From: Blepharisma stoltei ATCC 30299
Taxonomy: Eukaryota > Protista > Ciliophora
Assembly (NCBI GenBank): GCA_965603825.1
Contig: CBFDEM010000009.1
Span: 461,002-525,001 of the forward strand
Length of the DNA: 64,000 nt
Reading direction: 5' to 3'
Positions 11,431-24,569 of the stretch are shown piece after piece; the stretch's first letter is position 1; each line of letters begins with the position of its first letter. A program made the position numbers and the translations under genes. The notes under the pieces were generated by a model. The model did not search any database, was not told the DNA's origin, and saw only the letters and a program-made list of their open reading frames with translations.

Positions 11431-11769
11431 TTAGTTAGTAAGTTGGCTTTTTGGCTCTTGAGGTATTTCAGGACTATATTTTTCAGTTAGTTCTGCTATA
11501 AGTTTATTTTTTTCTTTTTTTGCAGGAACTGAGCAATAATATCCAGCTCATACAGGGGTCAGACCTATAAGCAGCAAGTTTATTTTTCCTGGTGTCGATT
11601 GTAAACAAAAATTCATGAATTGCTTATTCTTGAAAATAAAAAAATTTGCTACTAAACTAACTCCACAGCCGATCATACTCATATTAGATTTCCATCTATC
11701 TCAACTTTCAATTTGTTCTCGCTCTTCAGGTGTCAGCTTATGTTTATTCTCTTCAAATCAATCAGACAT
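11431..11769 (-). CDS. Small 112-aa hypothetical protein with two hydrophobic segments (absent from ORF track)
   Basis: ATG 11769 to TAA 11431 is open with three TGA=Trp: MSDWFEENKHKLTPEEREQIESWDRWKSNMSMIGCGVSLVANFFIF...LLLIGLTPVWAGYYCS... Confidence 0.7.
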
Positions 11770-12235
11770 TTTAGCTAATATAAGAAAATTGCAAAGATAT
11801 AAGGTTTTAAATAATTCATGAGAGATAGCTTAATCTTGATGAATATTTGAAGAATAGCTTGCGAATATAATGCAATGTGGTTCTTAATTGATGAAATCAA
11901 ATTTTATATATTGCTTATAAAAGACAAATGCTTAAGTCAATAATGCTCAATAATATAAAATTTATTATGATACAATATATAGATAAACATGCATTGCCAA
12001 GCTTTTCAATTTAAAATTTTATATAAATTATTTTGGTATTCACAAAAAATTGATTTAAAGCTTAAAATTAAATATTCTTACAGCCTGCACATTTTTGAAC
12101 GATATTTTATTATACTTACTCTATAAGCACTTAATTTTTATTATTTTCTATCTATTTTTCCACATTCTCAGCATTCTCTTAATTTTCAAAATCTCCTCTA
12201 TCTTCCCTATCTAAATAAAAATAACGCCTAATAAA

Positions 12236-13321
12236 ATGCTCCTAATATTTTTCTTACATGTAGCATTCGGAACTTTAACTTTAAATGAAGAACTAGAAAT
12301 CGAGCTTTCCGCAAGCCAAGTATCAGGCAAAGATTTTGAAAGTTCAATGACTGTAAATGGCGTCGAATACCAAACAATATGTGATTGCACAGACCCTGAA
12401 CTAGCCACGGAACAAACAGTAAAATGCGCACCCACAAATATCGTGATTACACAAGAACGTGAAGGTGAAGGGGCGACTTTGGACGATCTTGAAGAAAAAT
12501 TCAGCTCAGAAACCTATGAATGGGTAAATGTCCTTGACAGCTCTTTTCGATGTCTTGACGGAAGAATCACTGAAGGCTCTTTAGGCGCTCCTGGTGGGGA
12601 TTTTGGAGAATTTGCTTTGGCTTTATTAGTATATGAAGATATGTCTGGGAAAAGGGTGGACGAAGACTCTATAAGGGTTTATTTTTTGGAATATTTGGAT
12701 TGGATGGACCAAGAGTACTTTTATTGGTGCACAGATGATGACGCTGTAGGAAGCGTAGAAAAACAGATAGGCGTTGAAGGAATTGATATCACAAATCCTA
12801 GGGAAGGGCTACAAAGCAGTTTATTGACCTATTTAAATCAGCCGAATGGGGTTGGTGATTTACATATAAAAAATTTGATTGAAAGCCCAGAACTGTATTC
12901 AGCTAGGATTGAGGCAATTGAGCACTTTATTACAGTTTTCTATAAGGTGTTGTGGGATAAAGATGATTATCATAATGAAAAAATTTATTTAGAAGTTTTC
13001 CCAGGAAGCCATAATGAAACTGCATTTGTAGAAATCCGAGCATATGAAGACTGTATAGTCCAACAAGTCGCACCTTTAGTTATCCCACGAAATGGAGATG
13101 CAGATAATTTAAGCATTTTCGTAAACCATGCATTTGGAACTAGCACTAAAAGACAACAGATAAGCAAATTTTTTGTGGATAAAGTCGCGAGAAACCAAGA
13201 TGGGATCACAGTTGATAAATTTTTGTCTAGGATGAATCACCATGGACTGTTATTTTTAGACGTGACTGGAGAATTAATCGCTGAAAAGCTCCCATTTTAT
13301 ACAGTGGCTTTTGAAAATTAA
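12236..13321 (+). CDS. Secreted acidic protein with carbonic-anhydrase-like CxDGR..PGG motif
   Basis: N-terminal signal peptide. FRCLDGRITEGSLGAPGGDFGEF resembles the CxDGR/PGG motif of beta/zeta (CDCA-type) carbonic anhydrases. Confidence 0.55.
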   Translation: MLLIFFLHVAFGTLTLNEELEIELSASQVSGKDFESSMTVNGVEYQTICDCTDPELATEQTVKCAPTNIVITQEREGEGATLDDLEEKFSSETYEWVNVLDSSFRCLDGRITEGSLGAPGGDFGEFALALLVYEDMSGKRVDEDSIRVYFLEYLDWMDQEYFYWCTDDDAVGSVEKQIGVEGIDITNPREGLQSSLLTYLNQPNGVGDLHIKNLIESPELYSARIEAIEHFITVFYKVLWDKDDYHNEKIYLEVFPGSHNETAFVEIRAYEDCIVQQVAPLVIPRNGDADNLSIFVNHAFGTSTKRQQISKFFVDKVARNQDGITVDKFLSRMNHHGLLFLDVTGELIAEKLPFYTVAFEN

Positions 13322-13406
13322 TTAGTATATAAGACATTATTTTATTAAAAGACCTATTAAATTATCGAGAATTAATGAAATTAATAATAATCAAGACCAT
13401 ATTATA

Positions 13407-14378
13407 ATGTCTGAACACAAAATCCAAAAAGGTCTCTTATTTTTAAAAAATCCTAAAGGTAATTTCAAATTAGTCGCGAAAATGCCATTAGACAAAAAAA
13501 TTGAATTTTTAAAAACCAAGCTGACACCTGAAGAACTTGATAAAGTTTTAAAAAAGTTTAATGAAGGAGAAGAATTCACCAAATATTTTGAGCCAACACA
13601 GGATTTAGGCACTCCTTTAGATCCACCTCAACAAATTGCTACAAAAAGCAACTGGGGTTGGGTCAGAACCTTAGGAGCTGGAATTATTGGTGCAATAGGA
13701 AGTGCGATGATACTTGTAAAGATCATTTAGAATAAACGTGAAAACAAAAACAAAAAAAGTAAAGTTGGGCAGCTCGAACGAGTTAATAGCTTTTCTACTT
13801 TTGAGCAGAGGAAATATGAGCTGGACATGGCTTTATTAGAAGGCCAAAGAAATGATAATAAAATAGAAAGGCTAATTAACAAGCATACAGAAGCATTTGA
13901 AAATTTAAGCAAGCAGATTGCTTCCTTAAAGAATTCTATTGAGAATCTTAAAGATACACAGGAAAAGCTAGCAAACTCATTAAATAATTCAACCGAAAAC
14001 TGCCAAGTTTTTAATCAATTTGTATCACAATTCAATTCCCTTGACAAAACCTTATCTGCGCTAAATACATTAAAAGTAAAAAAAAATTAGTTTTATTTCC
14101 AAAATATTTTAACAAGTCCAGCGAATCCACAAAGAAATAAGATTAACATGACAAATGAAGACTATAAGAATAATTTGTCCCCAAATCGAATGATAAGACG
14201 ACTTTTGGAAGTTTCTGGGTTTCATCTGAAAGGGATTTTTATGGAATTTGATCCTACTCAGCTTAGTTCTTTGCAGTCAACTTTCACTTTAATTCAAAAT
14301 GAAATTGATCAATTAGAAAATTCTGAATTGACACCAGAATCTTCATCTGATTTAATTCAAGAAAATAATAAATTTTAA
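13407..14378 (+). CDS. PEX14: Peroxin PEX14 (Pex14_N, TM, coiled coil) with C-terminal PUB domain
   Basis: Three 15-nt introns (13459-13473, 13716-13730, 14076-14090) join three ORF-track pieces. The spliced FLKNPKVAKMPLDKKIEFLKTKLTPEEL is Pex14_N-like, and FYFQNILTSPANPQRNKINMTN..LLEVSGF is PUB-like. Confidence 0.8.
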
Positions 14379-14400
14379 TAATTGTAAATATCAATTTTTC

Positions 14401-16605
14401 ATGTCAAATGTGCATCATCTGTTGGTACCGAAAAGAGAAAGAACCAGAAAATCTCTGATGGCTCATAGAAGATTAACTCAGATACACCCAACTGTTCCTG
14501 CTGAATTTCGAGAAAAAATATCAAAAAATAAAATCAACCCAGAAAACTCAAAAATTGAACAGTCAACTTTTTTAGAGCATTCTTTTGTTTTTCGTTCTAA
14601 ATATCAAGATGTATGAAAGCGAGCACGATCAAGGCTTCTCGCTGTCTTGCTTCTTAAAAAGAACATAAAAACACTCCACACTGAAGAATACTCTCCACCA
14701 GAAAACTTCGAATTTAAGCGTTCTGTAAGCTCACTACGATTTGTGGAAGCCTTAAACGAAAATCTCGAAAAAACCAGAGAGCCAGTTCCATGCGGAATTA
14801 TCCACCCTGACCATAAATTTAGAACTTATTGAGATCTCGCAATGCTTTTTGTCTTATTATATACAGCTACAATAATGCCGTTCAGTATGGCTTTTGTAGA
14901 CTCCACCTTATGAGATACCTGATTTCTAATGGATTTAATAGTGAATATGTTTTTTATTGTAGATTTAGTCGTCAATTTAATGTGTGCTTACATTACACCT
15001 GAAGGAAAATTAGTTACTAGCCGATGAAGGATTTTTTTAAAATATCTAAAATCATGGCTTATAATAGATTTAGTCTCATCAATCCCATATAGCTTGCTAC
15101 CAGGTTCAAATACAGACTCGTCTGGGTCCTATAATAGCAGCATGTCACTATTAAAATTACCAAGACTTTATAGGCTGTTCCGTATATCAAGAGTTATTAA
15201 ACTGTTAAAAAAATATAAAAACAGCGAATTTATGGAGAAATTGCAAGATTTTTTTGATTTAAAACAAAACAGGTTAAGATTGATAACAACAGCTCTTACA
15301 GTGGCGCTTTGTGTGCATATTGCCACGTGTATGTGGTACTTTTCTGCAAAACTTGAAGGGTTTTATTATGATACCTGGGTATTTAGAAATGGATTAATGA
15401 ATGAAGATACTGGAACTTTGTATTTGACATCTTTGTATTGAGCAATAACAACTTTGTCTACAGTAGGATATGGGGATATACATGCCCAAACGATAACAGA
15501 AAAGATGTGTGCAATTATTTGGATGATTTTTACCGTTTATGTTTTTTCTTTTGTTATTGGTAGCTTAGGGAATATGCTTTCAACTGTTGATTCTAAAGAA
15601 AATGTGCTTATAAACAAACTCGCTGTAATTGATGAATTCGCTAAAGAAGCAAGCTTAGAAAAAGACTTAAAGCATCGATTAAGAATAGCACTACGCTACT
15701 CAACTGAAAAAACTGGTTTTTCATGAGCAGACAAACAAAATATCTTCAACGAGCTCCCAAAGAATTTCCGGTATGAAGTTGCAATGGCCATGCATCGAGG
15801 CGCAGCCAAAGATTTGACCTTTTTCGCAGATAAAGACCAGGTCGTGGTAGCTTCAATTGTGCCATTTTTGCAGCCTGTTTTTGCAGCAGGTACTGAGCTT
15901 GTATATGATAAAGGTGAATTTGCAGATGAAATTTATTTTGTGGTAAAAGGAAACGTCAGCTATGTTTTTGGAAAAGATAATAAATTAATCCGATCCACAC
16001 AGCGAGGGGGCTATTTCGGAGACATTGAAGTAGTCTCACGAATCACTCGAAAATACGCAGCACTTGCTGTAAGAGACAGTGAGCTACTTATTATGGGAAA
16101 AGCATTAATAAACATAATAATGGACGAATATCCTCACATTTGGGATGAAATTGTTCTGGTAGCTGCAGAGAGAGATAATGTAAACCAGAAAACAATTGCA
16201 GAAATCGAGGTCCTTAATGCAATGAAAAATAAAGGGGATTTGGCCAGCATTGATATGGAAAAATACAAAAAAGAGGTAGACAGGTTTATTACGAGAATGA
16301 AATATAAAGATTTAAAAAAGAAAATTAATTTGGACCCAAAAAAGCCAAGTTTAGAAGATGTGACGATAAATGATATGAACGACAAAATTGAGTCGATTTT
16401 TAAGACAATAGAAGCTTTAGAAGTGCAAATTAAAGATCTTGGGAAAAATGCTGCAATTGCAAAAAGCCCTGGTAGGCCAAAACTGCCACCGATATTTAAG
16501 AGAGGGTCAAAATCGCCTAGTGTTAATAAAGCGGCTTTAAGCAGCACATTTAGCACATATTGTAGCCACTCTTCAGGAGAAGATCCTATGACATCTTTAA
16601 TATAG
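14401..16605 (+). CDS. Voltage-gated, cyclic-nucleotide-binding-domain K+ channel (EAG/KCNH-like)
   Basis: Five ORF-track fragments share one frame, joined by TGA=Trp. S4 LLKLPRLYRLFRISRV, pore SLY[W]AITTLSTVGYGD, CNBD EIYFVVKG..GYFGDIE. Confidence 0.95.
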
Positions 16606-16752
16606 TATTTAAACAAAAAATTAAATATTAAAATGATTATTTGCAGAATAATTTTTTATATTGATATATTTATCCTTGAATTTCATTTAAAATCACAGGG
16701 ATACGCTTTTATATTTATTTGTTTATTTTAAAGTGAATTCTATAATTTTATA

Positions 16753-18165
16753 ATGGAAAGATTGGAAAAATCTAAAGAACTAATTGGAAGGCTTGAAGAA
16801 GCCATTAACTTAAAAGACAATAACGCTGCTAGTTATTGTATACAAGAACTAATCAGATGGGGAATCAAAGTTTCAATATCTCCTTCATTTTACGAAAAAT
16901 GCTCATCTCATATCTATATTTACCCTGGTTCCGAAAATCTTTATTCCCCTGAATTTTTATATTCCCCTTTCATTTGCGATCGGTCTCATCATATTTGCTA
17001 TTATTGCTTACAAAAACATATTTCATCTATTTTCCTATCAAGAGGCTTAAATTTTCGTTATGAATGTCCTGCATGTGAAAATCAAGAATTTAGAAATAGT
17101 CGGTTTTTTGCTAAGGAGAAACAGTATGAAGGCCTGATGCAATTAGTAGGAATAGAAATGATACAAGAATGGGAAAGACGAAATTTTATTAAACCTGAAG
17201 ATGAAGAGCCAGAGATTCCTTTTCTTCAAACATGTGAGAATTGTTCATTTGGTTATTCAGATTTACACAAAATTTGCCTTGATAATCATAAAGTTTGCAA
17301 TTTCTGTCTTATAAACAATATAAATAGCACAGCTGATGATGGGAAATTCGTATGCAAAGTAAATGGGTGCAAAAAAGCTATATACCATGAAATTGTTAAA
17401 GCTTTTATAGAAATAGACCAAAACTTAATTCAGAAATTTTGGAAAAAATTAAAATTGAATGGAAAAAAATGCTCATTCTGCCCTAATTGCAAAATAAATA
17501 TTGAACTTGACAAAAAAAAGACTGAAGAGCTATGTGTTTGTGGAGCAAAAATATGTGTCAGATGCACACAAACTTTACATGATGGCTTATCATGTTATAA
17601 TGTCGCAGGACTGACACTAAATGATCCGCCATTTATAGATATTTACCCACCACCTAGAGATTTTTCAGATTACGAATATTTGCATGAAGAATACGAAAAT
17701 GCTAAATTTGCTTTTGAAACATTTGTAAGGGCAGCTAATTTAAAAATGACACAAGTAAAATTAGTCGTTAATCCAGCACTAGAACAAAAATTTGAAGCAA
17801 AAAAGAAACAGCTTGGGTGTAAAGAAGAATATGTTTTTCACGGATCAAATTATGTGAATTATGCAAAAATATGCAGTGGAGGATTTATTATAGGCGGAAC
17901 TAATGGGCTTGCAGTAGCTCATGGGACAGCTGCTGGGTATGGAGTTTACACTGGCCTCACACCTGATATATCAGCTGGATATGCGCAGGGAAAAACATGA
18001 ATGCTGTGCTGTAGGGCTGTAAGAGGAATCTGTGGGGCGCCTGCTAGGACTGTGCAAGAATTAACAGCTGGAAACCGTCATTCTACGCAAAATGGTGACG
18101 CATTAATATTTTTTTCTGCTGATCAAGTGCTGCCTAAATATTTAGTCGAGTTTACTCAAAGATAG
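16753..18165 (+). CDS. RING/RING-IBR zinc-finger protein fused to PARP-like (ADP-ribosyltransferase) catalytic domain
   Basis: Two RING-like Cys clusters and an IBR (FCPNC..CVCGAKICVRC..HDGLSC). ART motifs VFHGS, GYGVY and QVLPKYLVEF. Reads through TGA 17998-18000 to TAG 18163-18165. Confidence 0.85.
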
Positions 18166-18293
18166 AATGGATAATTTAATGACAAATAAAAATATGATTT
18201 ATACACTTTTTTAATAAACCAATTATTTTATTATAAAAATAACATTTATATTCCAAAAGTAAAATATTTTAGCATAACTACTATTCAAATTGA

Positions 18294-20255
18294 CTAATTT
18301 GCTTCTACGTCAGAATTTACATCTCCATCAGAAATTTCTTCTAAATTTTCTTCTTCTTTAATATTGCGCAACGAGTGCTTAGCAGTGCTATAAATTAGCT
18401 CATACCCAGTATCAATAATAAGTGACTGAGAATCTTCAGGGAAAACTGGGTCAACTACAAGCCTAAATGAATCTTCTAGCATTTTTGTTATTAAAGACCC
18501 TAATAATGGGCAACTTAATGCTAAGCAAGGGTTTGTATTTACTTCAATAAGCCAAGGGTTGAAATTATCATCTAGCATAAAATCATACCCTAAAATTTCA
18601 AAAGTATGCAGCCTATGCTTTGGGTCTAATTTTCCACACGTCGCAGCTACAGTATCCTGCACAATATTTCTTATTTTCGGATAAATTTCTCTTTTAAAAT
18701 TCACTTTTGCATGTATTTCATTGTCTATATATTCTTGAAATTCATCATAAGAAAGCTTGTTCCCTGCTTCAAATTTTCCATACTCAGGGGATTTTTTCTG
18801 GACTGCGTCATTAGTTAAATGGACAAATTTATTTTGTGTGATATCCAAGGTGAATTTTTGACAAGCAGTTCTTAAGTAGCCTTCACGGTAGAAGTATGCT
18901 TGGATGCTCCCGTTTATGCATGCAATTAATGTATAGCAACGGATATCAAATTTTCTGTCTCTATATAATAAAGGGTTTTCTATATATTTTTGAACAATAT
19001 AGCTGTGTTTAAGCCCTGAAGAAGCCTCTTCTATTCTGTTTATTATTTCTTCTAACGTTGAGCAGACAGTTATTCCATTTCCTCGGTTAGTAAGCTCGCC
19101 TGGTTTTACAATTCATAAGTTCACTAGATTTGCTTCAGATTTAATACTATTAAAATACTCTTGTAGTTTAGGAAAATTTGGGTCTCTTGTCCCGTCTACT
19201 ATATGGAAAGTCATAGGCAGTACATTAAATGGATTTTTATTTATAGATTCATAGTAGCTGCACATATTGGCAAAAAGCCTTTTTTTGCTGGCAAGCTCAT
19301 TGTTTCTTTCAATTCTGTTATAAAGCTTGGTACGGGTAGAAATTAATGTTGATAATGGTGATAGGTGGCAAAACTCCTGGCTGTTGGTGATAAAATTAAT
19401 GGTATTATCTGACACGTCAATAGCCCTTGTTTCTTTTTTCCCTGAAGTTTCGAGGACTTCTACTATTTCTTTTCTTTTTACTTGGGTCCATATAAGATTG
19501 GCAGAGTAAGGAGAATAGCTTTGTTCTCATTTTGGCTTGGCTTTTAAGATTTTTAGGACAAGCTGGTGGTTATTGCCGGAGCCGACAAAAAACTTGTAAG
19601 TGGGATTTTCATTAGGAGTTATTTCAATTCCAAAGCTTTTCTGCAATGATAAAATAGCTAAATTTATTTTGACCGCTTCTAGCTGATTATTTTCAATTTT
19701 TTTCCTTCTTTTTACTGTCATTTTCTTCGATTTTATCTTAAATTTTTCTTCTTTAATAGAGTCGTCTGACTTTAAAAAAGCGCTTTTCTTAGTCTGTAGA
19801 GGAGAAGAGCCATTTATGACGTCAGTATTTGACAAACACCTGTGGACTTTTACACTTAAGCTTCTACACTCAGGGATCGGCTCAGGAAAAGGTGAAATTT
19901 GTCCTTTTTTCGCATAAGCTTGCCTGAGGACAATTCCTTTGCTATTTTTTATAAAATGTGTAACTTTTTCTGGAATTTTATTAGGAGAAATTTCTCTGCT
20001 TTTTAGAGGAATACTCAATGAGTTACGTTTAGCATTAGGATCAAGCAAGCTTGGAGATTTATCAGGCTTGTTAAGCAGCTCGTTTAAAAACTCTCACTCC
20101 TTAGCAGGGATACTTGTGCTGGATTCCAGTTTATTTATATTTGTTGGAGACTTTACATTTCCCCGGGTTGTTTTGTCTTGTGAAGGTTTCATTACAAAAA
20201 AGTTTTGCCCTGTGATTTCTAAGTTTGAGTCTTGATTGTTATACCAGGTTTCCAT
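18294..20255 (-). CDS. Tubulin-tyrosine ligase-like protein (glycylase/glutamylase family)
   Basis: One frame from ATG 20255 with TGA=Trp: L[W]IVKPGELTNRGNGI, IVQKYIENPLLY..RKFDIR, EGYLRT, VHLTNDAVQK, FEILGYDFMLD, WLIEVNTNP. Confidence 0.93.
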
Positions 20256-20573
20256 TTATTTTGTGTATTGGGAAAGATATTTTTTGATTTGCTTCACAAA
20301 TTTGAAATAAATTTACAAATAATTTGTGTGGAAGTCTGATGGTATTATGAAGTAAATAAAATTAAGGAAATTATTGGCTTAAATTAATAAAAAATTAAAT
20401 AAGAATTTAAAATATATTAATAGTTTGCATTTTGTTAGATATAAGAAATAAAAATTAATTAAATAAGAAAAACCTTTCTGAATTTTTATAAGAAAAATCA
20501 ATAATTTATATATTAAGCTTTCTCACAAATTTAATTTCAGTATTTTTACAATTTTTCATATTTCTAAACAAAA

Positions 20574-23378
20574 ATGGGAGACATCTCCGAAGAAGTTAAA
20601 GACATCCGCAACAGCGTCGCTTATAGCATCATAACTGACCTCGAGCGTGAAGGAAAGCTTCATTCTCAAAGGTAATTCCTACATAGAGCTGAAGCCCTAA
20701 AAGAAAAATTCAAACGGTTGCACGAAGTCGTTGTCCAATCTTTCGAAAACGAAAAAATCCTGCTAAACAAAGCCAGAGACCTCCGTCAAGACCTAACCAA
20801 GCAGCTTCACAAGCTGGAATCCGTCTCCCAGCAGCAGTCTGAAACTTCTTTGTCCTTAGAAAGAATTAATAAAACCTTAGAAGACGTAACTTCTATATAG
20901 ACTCAAGCTGAGCTTGACCAAGCTGAACAAAGAGTTCAAGTCTTAGAATGGGAAATTTCCCAAATTGAGCAGGACCGAAACGAAGCCTTAAATTACCTTT
21001 CCCAGCGTGAAGAAGAACAAGAAGCCAAACTTCGCCCTGAAATAGGCCGCCTTCAAAAATTGATAGAAGATATGAGAAACGATACCAAAGAGAGCGAGGA
21101 CAGGATTATTAAAGAAGAAGCCATCAAAAAAGAGCTTCAAGAAGCCATCACGTCGCTCAGCAAAGAAACAGAAAAATTGCAGGACGAGCTTGAAATGGTA
21201 ACTTTATCATTAAATAAAGCAAAAACCGAGCCATTGAGGTTTGCGAAAAATGCTGATATTTTGGATAAAGCTATACATGTGATGGAAGGGGATTTAAATA
21301 AGGTCAAAGCAGACTCAGAAACAGCTGATAATGAACTGTCAAAGCTTCATAAAGAAAAAGACGAGCTGACTAATCTTTTATTAGAAACCCAAGAAGAGCT
21401 GGGGAGGTGTAAAAGCATATATGATGATTATCAGAAAGAAAAAGACGATATCCACTATAAGAAAAACCAAGCTGGAGAGGTCGAAAAAGAGCTGAGAAAT
21501 AATATCGTAGAATTAGAAGTAAATTTAAAAGCAAATGAAGATGCTGTCAGAAGAGAAAGCGACAACAGCCAAGAACTTGGAAAACAGCTATATCACTTAA
21601 AAAAAGAATACAAAAAAATAGAAAATCATAAGCGGCAAATGACAACTCAATTAAGCGATTTAAATAAACAAATGAGCGAAGCTGAAGAACGAGAAAACGC
21701 ACTGGAGATGGATAATAGGAGACAAAAAGAAATTTTGGAAAAGCTGGAAGAGGAGCATGATATTATGAAGAAAAATACAATGGACAAAGAAGAGGACGAA
21801 AAAGATAAAATTGTGAAATTAGAAGAAATTAAAAAAGAGACAGAAAGCACAGAGAAAAAAGCACAAAATAAGAGGACGAAAGAAGGAAAGCTAGTAAAAG
21901 AGATGGAATGGCTGAGTTTGAAGAGAGAATATATGGCAAGGAAGGCAAGCCAAAATATTGCTCAGGCAAAAGAGACTTCTGAAGAGCTGAAAATTAAGGA
22001 GCTGCTGATGATTGATTTAAAGAAGAAAAAACAGGAAACTGATTTTAAGCTGAAAAGCTATATAGCGATGTATGACGAAGTAAAAAATGCAAGGAATAAA
22101 TATGTCAAACTTATACAAAATTCTTCTCAAGAGCTAGCAGAAACTAAAGAAAGAATAAAAATCTTGCAAAATGAAGTAGAAATCCTCAGAAACGAAAGCT
22201 CAGAAAAAGACAGAAAACTGAAAGAAGAGCGGCATAATGTGCAGCAAAGTCTGCATCAGAGGGACGGGCTAAGAGCAGAAATAAATAAGCTTGACTTTGC
22301 GGTAAAGCAAAAAGAAAGTTTAGTGACCCAAGAAGTAAATGAAATCAATAAGCTTAACGTTATTATTACATCCTTAGAAAAAGAAATGATTGAGCTGAAG
22401 CATAAATACGAAAATGTTTGTGAAAGCAGAAATTATACTGGAATTCAGCTTATTGATAGAAATGATGAGCTATGCATTTTATATGAAAAAGCAAATATAC
22501 AAGAAAGTATTCAAAAAAGAGGAGAAAGCGAAATTAGATCCAAAGAAGACGAAATCAGAATGATGAATTTAGAGCTCGCAGAAGTTAAACGCCACATCGA
22601 AGTCCTCAGAAAACAAATCCCAGAGGTCCCAAAACTCGCTGCTGAAGTAATTTCATTAAAATCCGAACTTGAAGCTGAAAAAGAAAAAGAAAAATGCTTA
22701 GCTGCTGACCTTGAAGATCCTTCAAATGCCAAAAGATTTAATGAACTCCCAGGTGAAGACCCTGATGAAGAAGCTTTAGAAGCCAAAATCCAAGTCCTCG
22801 AAGAGCGTCTTAACAACAAGAAAGAACAGCTGCTTGAAAAAGAGCTGGTCCTTGAAGAAATTACAAATCTTGCTGACAAACTTCGTGCCCAAGCCCTCAC
22901 AGGTCGTCAAGGGACCTTAGAACTTGCTGAAAAAGTCAACGATTTCCAATCCAGAATCAAAAAATTAACCAGAAAAATGATGGCAACTGTCAGCGAGCTT
23001 TCTATGTTCCAAGCTACCGCTATGAAACTCCAACAGGAAAAAGAACGCTTGGAAAATGTATTTGAAGACTCCCAAAAACGAGTCGAAAATAGTCTGCCGC
23101 CTACTGAAGACTGTGAAAAAGAATGGGAAAGAATGGAAAGAAATAACCTTTTGAGAGAAGAAGAAAGAAAAGCGAGAAAAGAAAGAGAAGAAGAAGAAAG
23201 ATCGGCAACTGGCGCCATAACACAAAGCACAGCTGAGCCAAGGCTGAATTCTTATGTACCTGATGATGGCATTGGGCTGCCGAAACCTTATGGAGTCCAT
23301 ACACCATTTGTTCCTACACAGCTGGGTGCAAATATGAGGCATTTCAGAAAACCTGTTGTGAAACCTATTGAAATTTAA
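20574..23378 (+). CDS. CCDC146: Axonemal coiled-coil protein CCDC146/MBO2
   Basis: Introns 20672-20686 and 20886-20900. Long coiled coil with GIQLIDRNDELCILYEK and the C-terminal TAEPRLNSYVP..LPKPYG..GANMRHFRKP signature. Confidence 0.85.
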
Positions 23379-23405
23379 AATAGATAAAAAAATTAAAATA
23401 TTAAT

Positions 23406-24536
23406 ATGCAGGATATTATTGATATTGTGAAAAGACCGAGGTATTCGAGGAGTGGAAGAGCCAATGCGAAATTACCGAAGTGGCTGACATATAAACCTAA
23501 AAAAAGGACAAGGGAAGAACCGGAAAGAGAACATATAACTCCTAAAGATGCAGCACAAATTTATGAAGATATTAAAATTGAAATAAAAGAAGAAACCAGT
23601 AAACATTCAAAACATGACATCGGTAGCTATTTCTTTCAAACAGTTTCTCGAGAAAAACGTGAACAAACCAATAAATATATAAAATCTGACGCACCTCCAG
23701 TTGCAACTTACACCCCAAAACATGATTTAGTAAGCCCTCGTGTATACTCACAAGTCGCTTTTACGCCTAAAGTGACTGTTGAAAAACGCACTCCAATTGT
23801 GTATCTCCCAGAATGCCTCGATACCAATGAATTAGCTTGCAAATACCCAGAAAAACCTTTATCAGCCAAAGGTACGAGAAGCTTAAATAGTTTATCTATA
23901 AAAGATTTCTTTAATACTTTATCTACAAGAGAAAGCCAAGTCAAAGACTCATTTTACCCAGAATCTGCAAGACCACATACAGCAGAGTTTAGATTTAATG
24001 CACAATTGCCGAGAAAATGGTCAGTCCAGCAGCTTCATGACATGAGATTTGAAAATTTCAATCATTTTCCGAGGTCTTATTCAAAAAGCAGGATTATAAA
24101 GACTCCAATTTTTGAAAAGACCGTGGGGAGAGAAAACTTATGAAGTGACGTTCCAGTAAATGATGGAAATTATGATTTAAATTTTGAGCTTTTGAAGAAA
24201 AAACTGTCCATTGGATTTGTTGATTTTGAAAAAATGAGCTCAAGATTTGGAAAAGATCCTGATCCTGGCCCTATGCCACCAACAACTGAAAGACTAGCAA
24301 ATGCAATTGAGAAAATAAAGCCCAGAATTAGAACACCCTATATTGCACAAAGGCCACAGATAGTCGAAAAAGCGAGAAGTAACTCAGGTAGAGTATCAAC
24401 CGCAAGACTCCAAGAAAGAGCATATTCTCCAGAGCTTACTGATAGGAGAACCAAAGCAATAATAATCGAAAAAACGCCTGAAGAAATACCAATTGGAAAA
24501 GAAGTCCAAATGTTGATGAGTAGCCAGGCATTTTAA
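23406..24536 (+). CDS. Hypothetical basic, proline-rich protein (376 aa)
   Basis: ORFs 23406-24143 and 24192-24536 are in frame across TGA 24141-24143. Confidence 0.75.
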
Positions 24537-24569
24537 TAAATTTTAGATAATTAATTTACAGTTATAATA

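Noticed and set aside
14401-16605. Many 'broken' ORFs suggesting pseudogenes or selenocysteine use
   Set aside because: The breaks are all in-frame TGA at Trp-conserved positions and are explained by UGA=Trp.
21647-23342. Long antisense ORFs opposite coiled-coil genes (also 9714-10142, 16134-16616, 27278-27691)
   Set aside because: Shadow frames of biased-codon genes with no recognisable domains.
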